From positions 116,624,001 to 116,688,000 of the forward strand of contig NC_087437.1 of the NCBI RefSeq assembly GCF_036321535.1: a DNA stretch of 64,000 nt. The letters run 5' to 3'. Made by a program: the position numbers and the translations under genes. Below the pieces are notes generated by a model, which made no database searches, was not told the origin of the DNA, and saw nothing but the letters and a program-made list of their open reading frames with translations. Source of the stretch: Camelus dromedarius. Taxonomy: Eukaryota. Below, one piece after another: positions 62,357-64,000 of this stretch. How positions within the stretch are numbered: the first letter of the stretch is position 1; the number at the start of each line of letters is the position of its first letter.

Positions 62357-62824
62357 ACTGCTTTTCATATGGTCACCCCTCAAAAAAGTTTTTCATTTTG
62401 CAAAAGAGTTTTACTGAATTCCTCAGTTTTTTTAAACCCTTTTTTTTGAAAAACCATATTTTCTTTTAGTCAAAGTGCTACACAAAAGAAATTATGTGTG
62501 ATAGTTGAGAATTACATAGATATAAATTTTTAGGCCTTTTGACCATCACCATAATATAGCTGTCCAACTGTGAATAAATACCAAAATCATTACTACAAAA
62601 AGAAAAATTATGTCCTTTTTCAGGTGTGGCCTAAATCAGCTTCCACACATTAGTCTTACCTTTCAGCAGAACTGAGAAGGGCTCCTTTTACTCCAGGTCA
62701 GAGGTTTGGAGGTTTGGAAAATCAAGAGCTGGTTACTGTCCGTTGGCAGATGTGACCTTAGCTCTTTGGCCACCCAGCACAGTTGACTTGCATAAAGTGT
62801 GTAGAGAGGTTAGGGCCACATGCA

Positions 62825-63020
62825 TTGAAATCAGGCACAACTGATTAGGGATTTCAGCTCCTCCATTATCCACTGTGTGACATCAGGTATGTTACTTAAC
62901 CTCCCTGAGCCTCTGATTGTTGCATCTATGAGACTGGGCAGTCATACTTAAGTTATTGAGTCATTTTGAGGTTTAGAAAAATCAATAGGAATAAAATGTC
63001 TTGCTCATAATAAACACCAG
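62825..63020 (+). mobile_element. MIR
   Basis: ctgtgtgacatcaggtatgttacttaacctccctgagcctctg. Confidence 0.75.
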
Positions 63021-64000
63021 TATGTATCGAAGAGGGTTTTTTTTTTCAGAGTATTCCTCCTGAACTTAGAATTATTACAATATTGCCTAGCAAAGCCCAA
63101 ATGACCATAATTCTTAAACATTCTCTAATGAACTGACTACTTAAAGAAGTAGCTAACTCTCAGACTCTTCCACACCCAACACCAGTCTTGACTGCAGAAA
63201 ACTGAGTCAGTGTCTACACCAGTCTTATTAACAGACAAACACTGAAACCCTCGGAAAACGGTGTGCCAAGACAATGCAAACAGATGGCAGAGTGGAACTT
63301 CATGCCTTGCCTGGGAGAAGAGAGTTCCCGAAGGTAAGGAATGTGATCGAGACACGACTGGAATTGATCAGTGTGCTGTGAAGGCTGGCATCGTAACTAT
63401 AGCTTAAAATGCATTAATAAAAAAAAAACCCAAAATATTTATTGTCATCCTTTTTTATTAAAGTTTTCTTTTCAGGATGATGTCCCAGTTGTCACTTTCC
63501 TCCCACTAGTTCTATAAAATCATGTTCCCCATTTTAATTAAGTTCACTTTCAGTGGCCTTTATTCAGGAGAACGTATCCTCCAAGAAAAGAGCCCCTTGT
63601 GTATATCAACGTACGTATGTCATTTCACAGAATGAGGCGCACATAGCTTCCCAGATTATATCCATCAGTAGGAGGCACAAGTACAAGACAAACCGGTGTC
63701 AAATAGGATTAAATCTCCCGTGTGCCTCTGACGAATGGGACGGACGTGAATCTCCTTCCCTGAGAGGCAGTGCAGAACTCCTGGGCCTCTGAAAGCAGGA
63801 AGCCCTCCCGCCTGCACACAGCAGAGCTCTTTGGAGGGTGGAACAGAAGTTCCTGCTGTGCGTGAGAAACTTCACTGCCTGAGCAGGACTTCCAGATGCA
63901 GAGGAGTGCGGTTTCACTCTGGGTCTCTCCTCCCCTAATTCTCCATCAGCGTCTGATCTGTTGGTCTTGTGGAGCTCTGTGATGCCACCCTCAGCGTTCC

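Noticed and set aside
1..64000. CRISPR arrays, operons, rRNA, known snoRNA/miRNA
   Set aside because: No repeat-spacer periodicity or recognisable RNA-gene sequence seen; this is mammalian repeat-rich DNA. An Rfam/miRBase search was not possible

Overview
Mammalian non-coding DNA, most likely from a camelid (alpaca/llama/camel): it carries three copies of a tRNA-Ala(AGC)-derived SINE of the Vic-1 type and many cetartiodactyl-type L1 3' ends. I recognise no protein-coding exon, RNA gene, CRISPR array or prokaryotic system. The only ORFs with recognisable homology are L1 ORF2 remnants. Much of the window is interspersed repeats (L1, L2, MIR, MaLR/ERVL LTRs, Tigger, hAT MITEs, microsatellites), often nested, with repeat-free enhancer-like islands between them. 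Best observations: (1) a TSD-bounded chimeric L1 insertion (40178-41022) whose 3' end is replaced by a foreign 132-bp L1M-like tail that has a ~79% identical ungapped relative at 14348-14479; (2) a twin-primed, 5'-inverted L1 with a 14-bp TSD; (3) a two-LTR MLT1H-like MaLR provirus with a nested MLT2 LTR; (4) a speculative minus-strand spliced transcript: a GC-box/CCAAT/AP-1 promoter plus donor near 61.2 kb, a recursive-splice-type motif (branch-T22-CAG|GTGAG) at 25.9 kb, and two candidate exons at 2633-2732 and 770-899. Repeat family names come from recalled consensus sequences and boundaries are approximate unless TSDs or TIRs are given. No searches were run.
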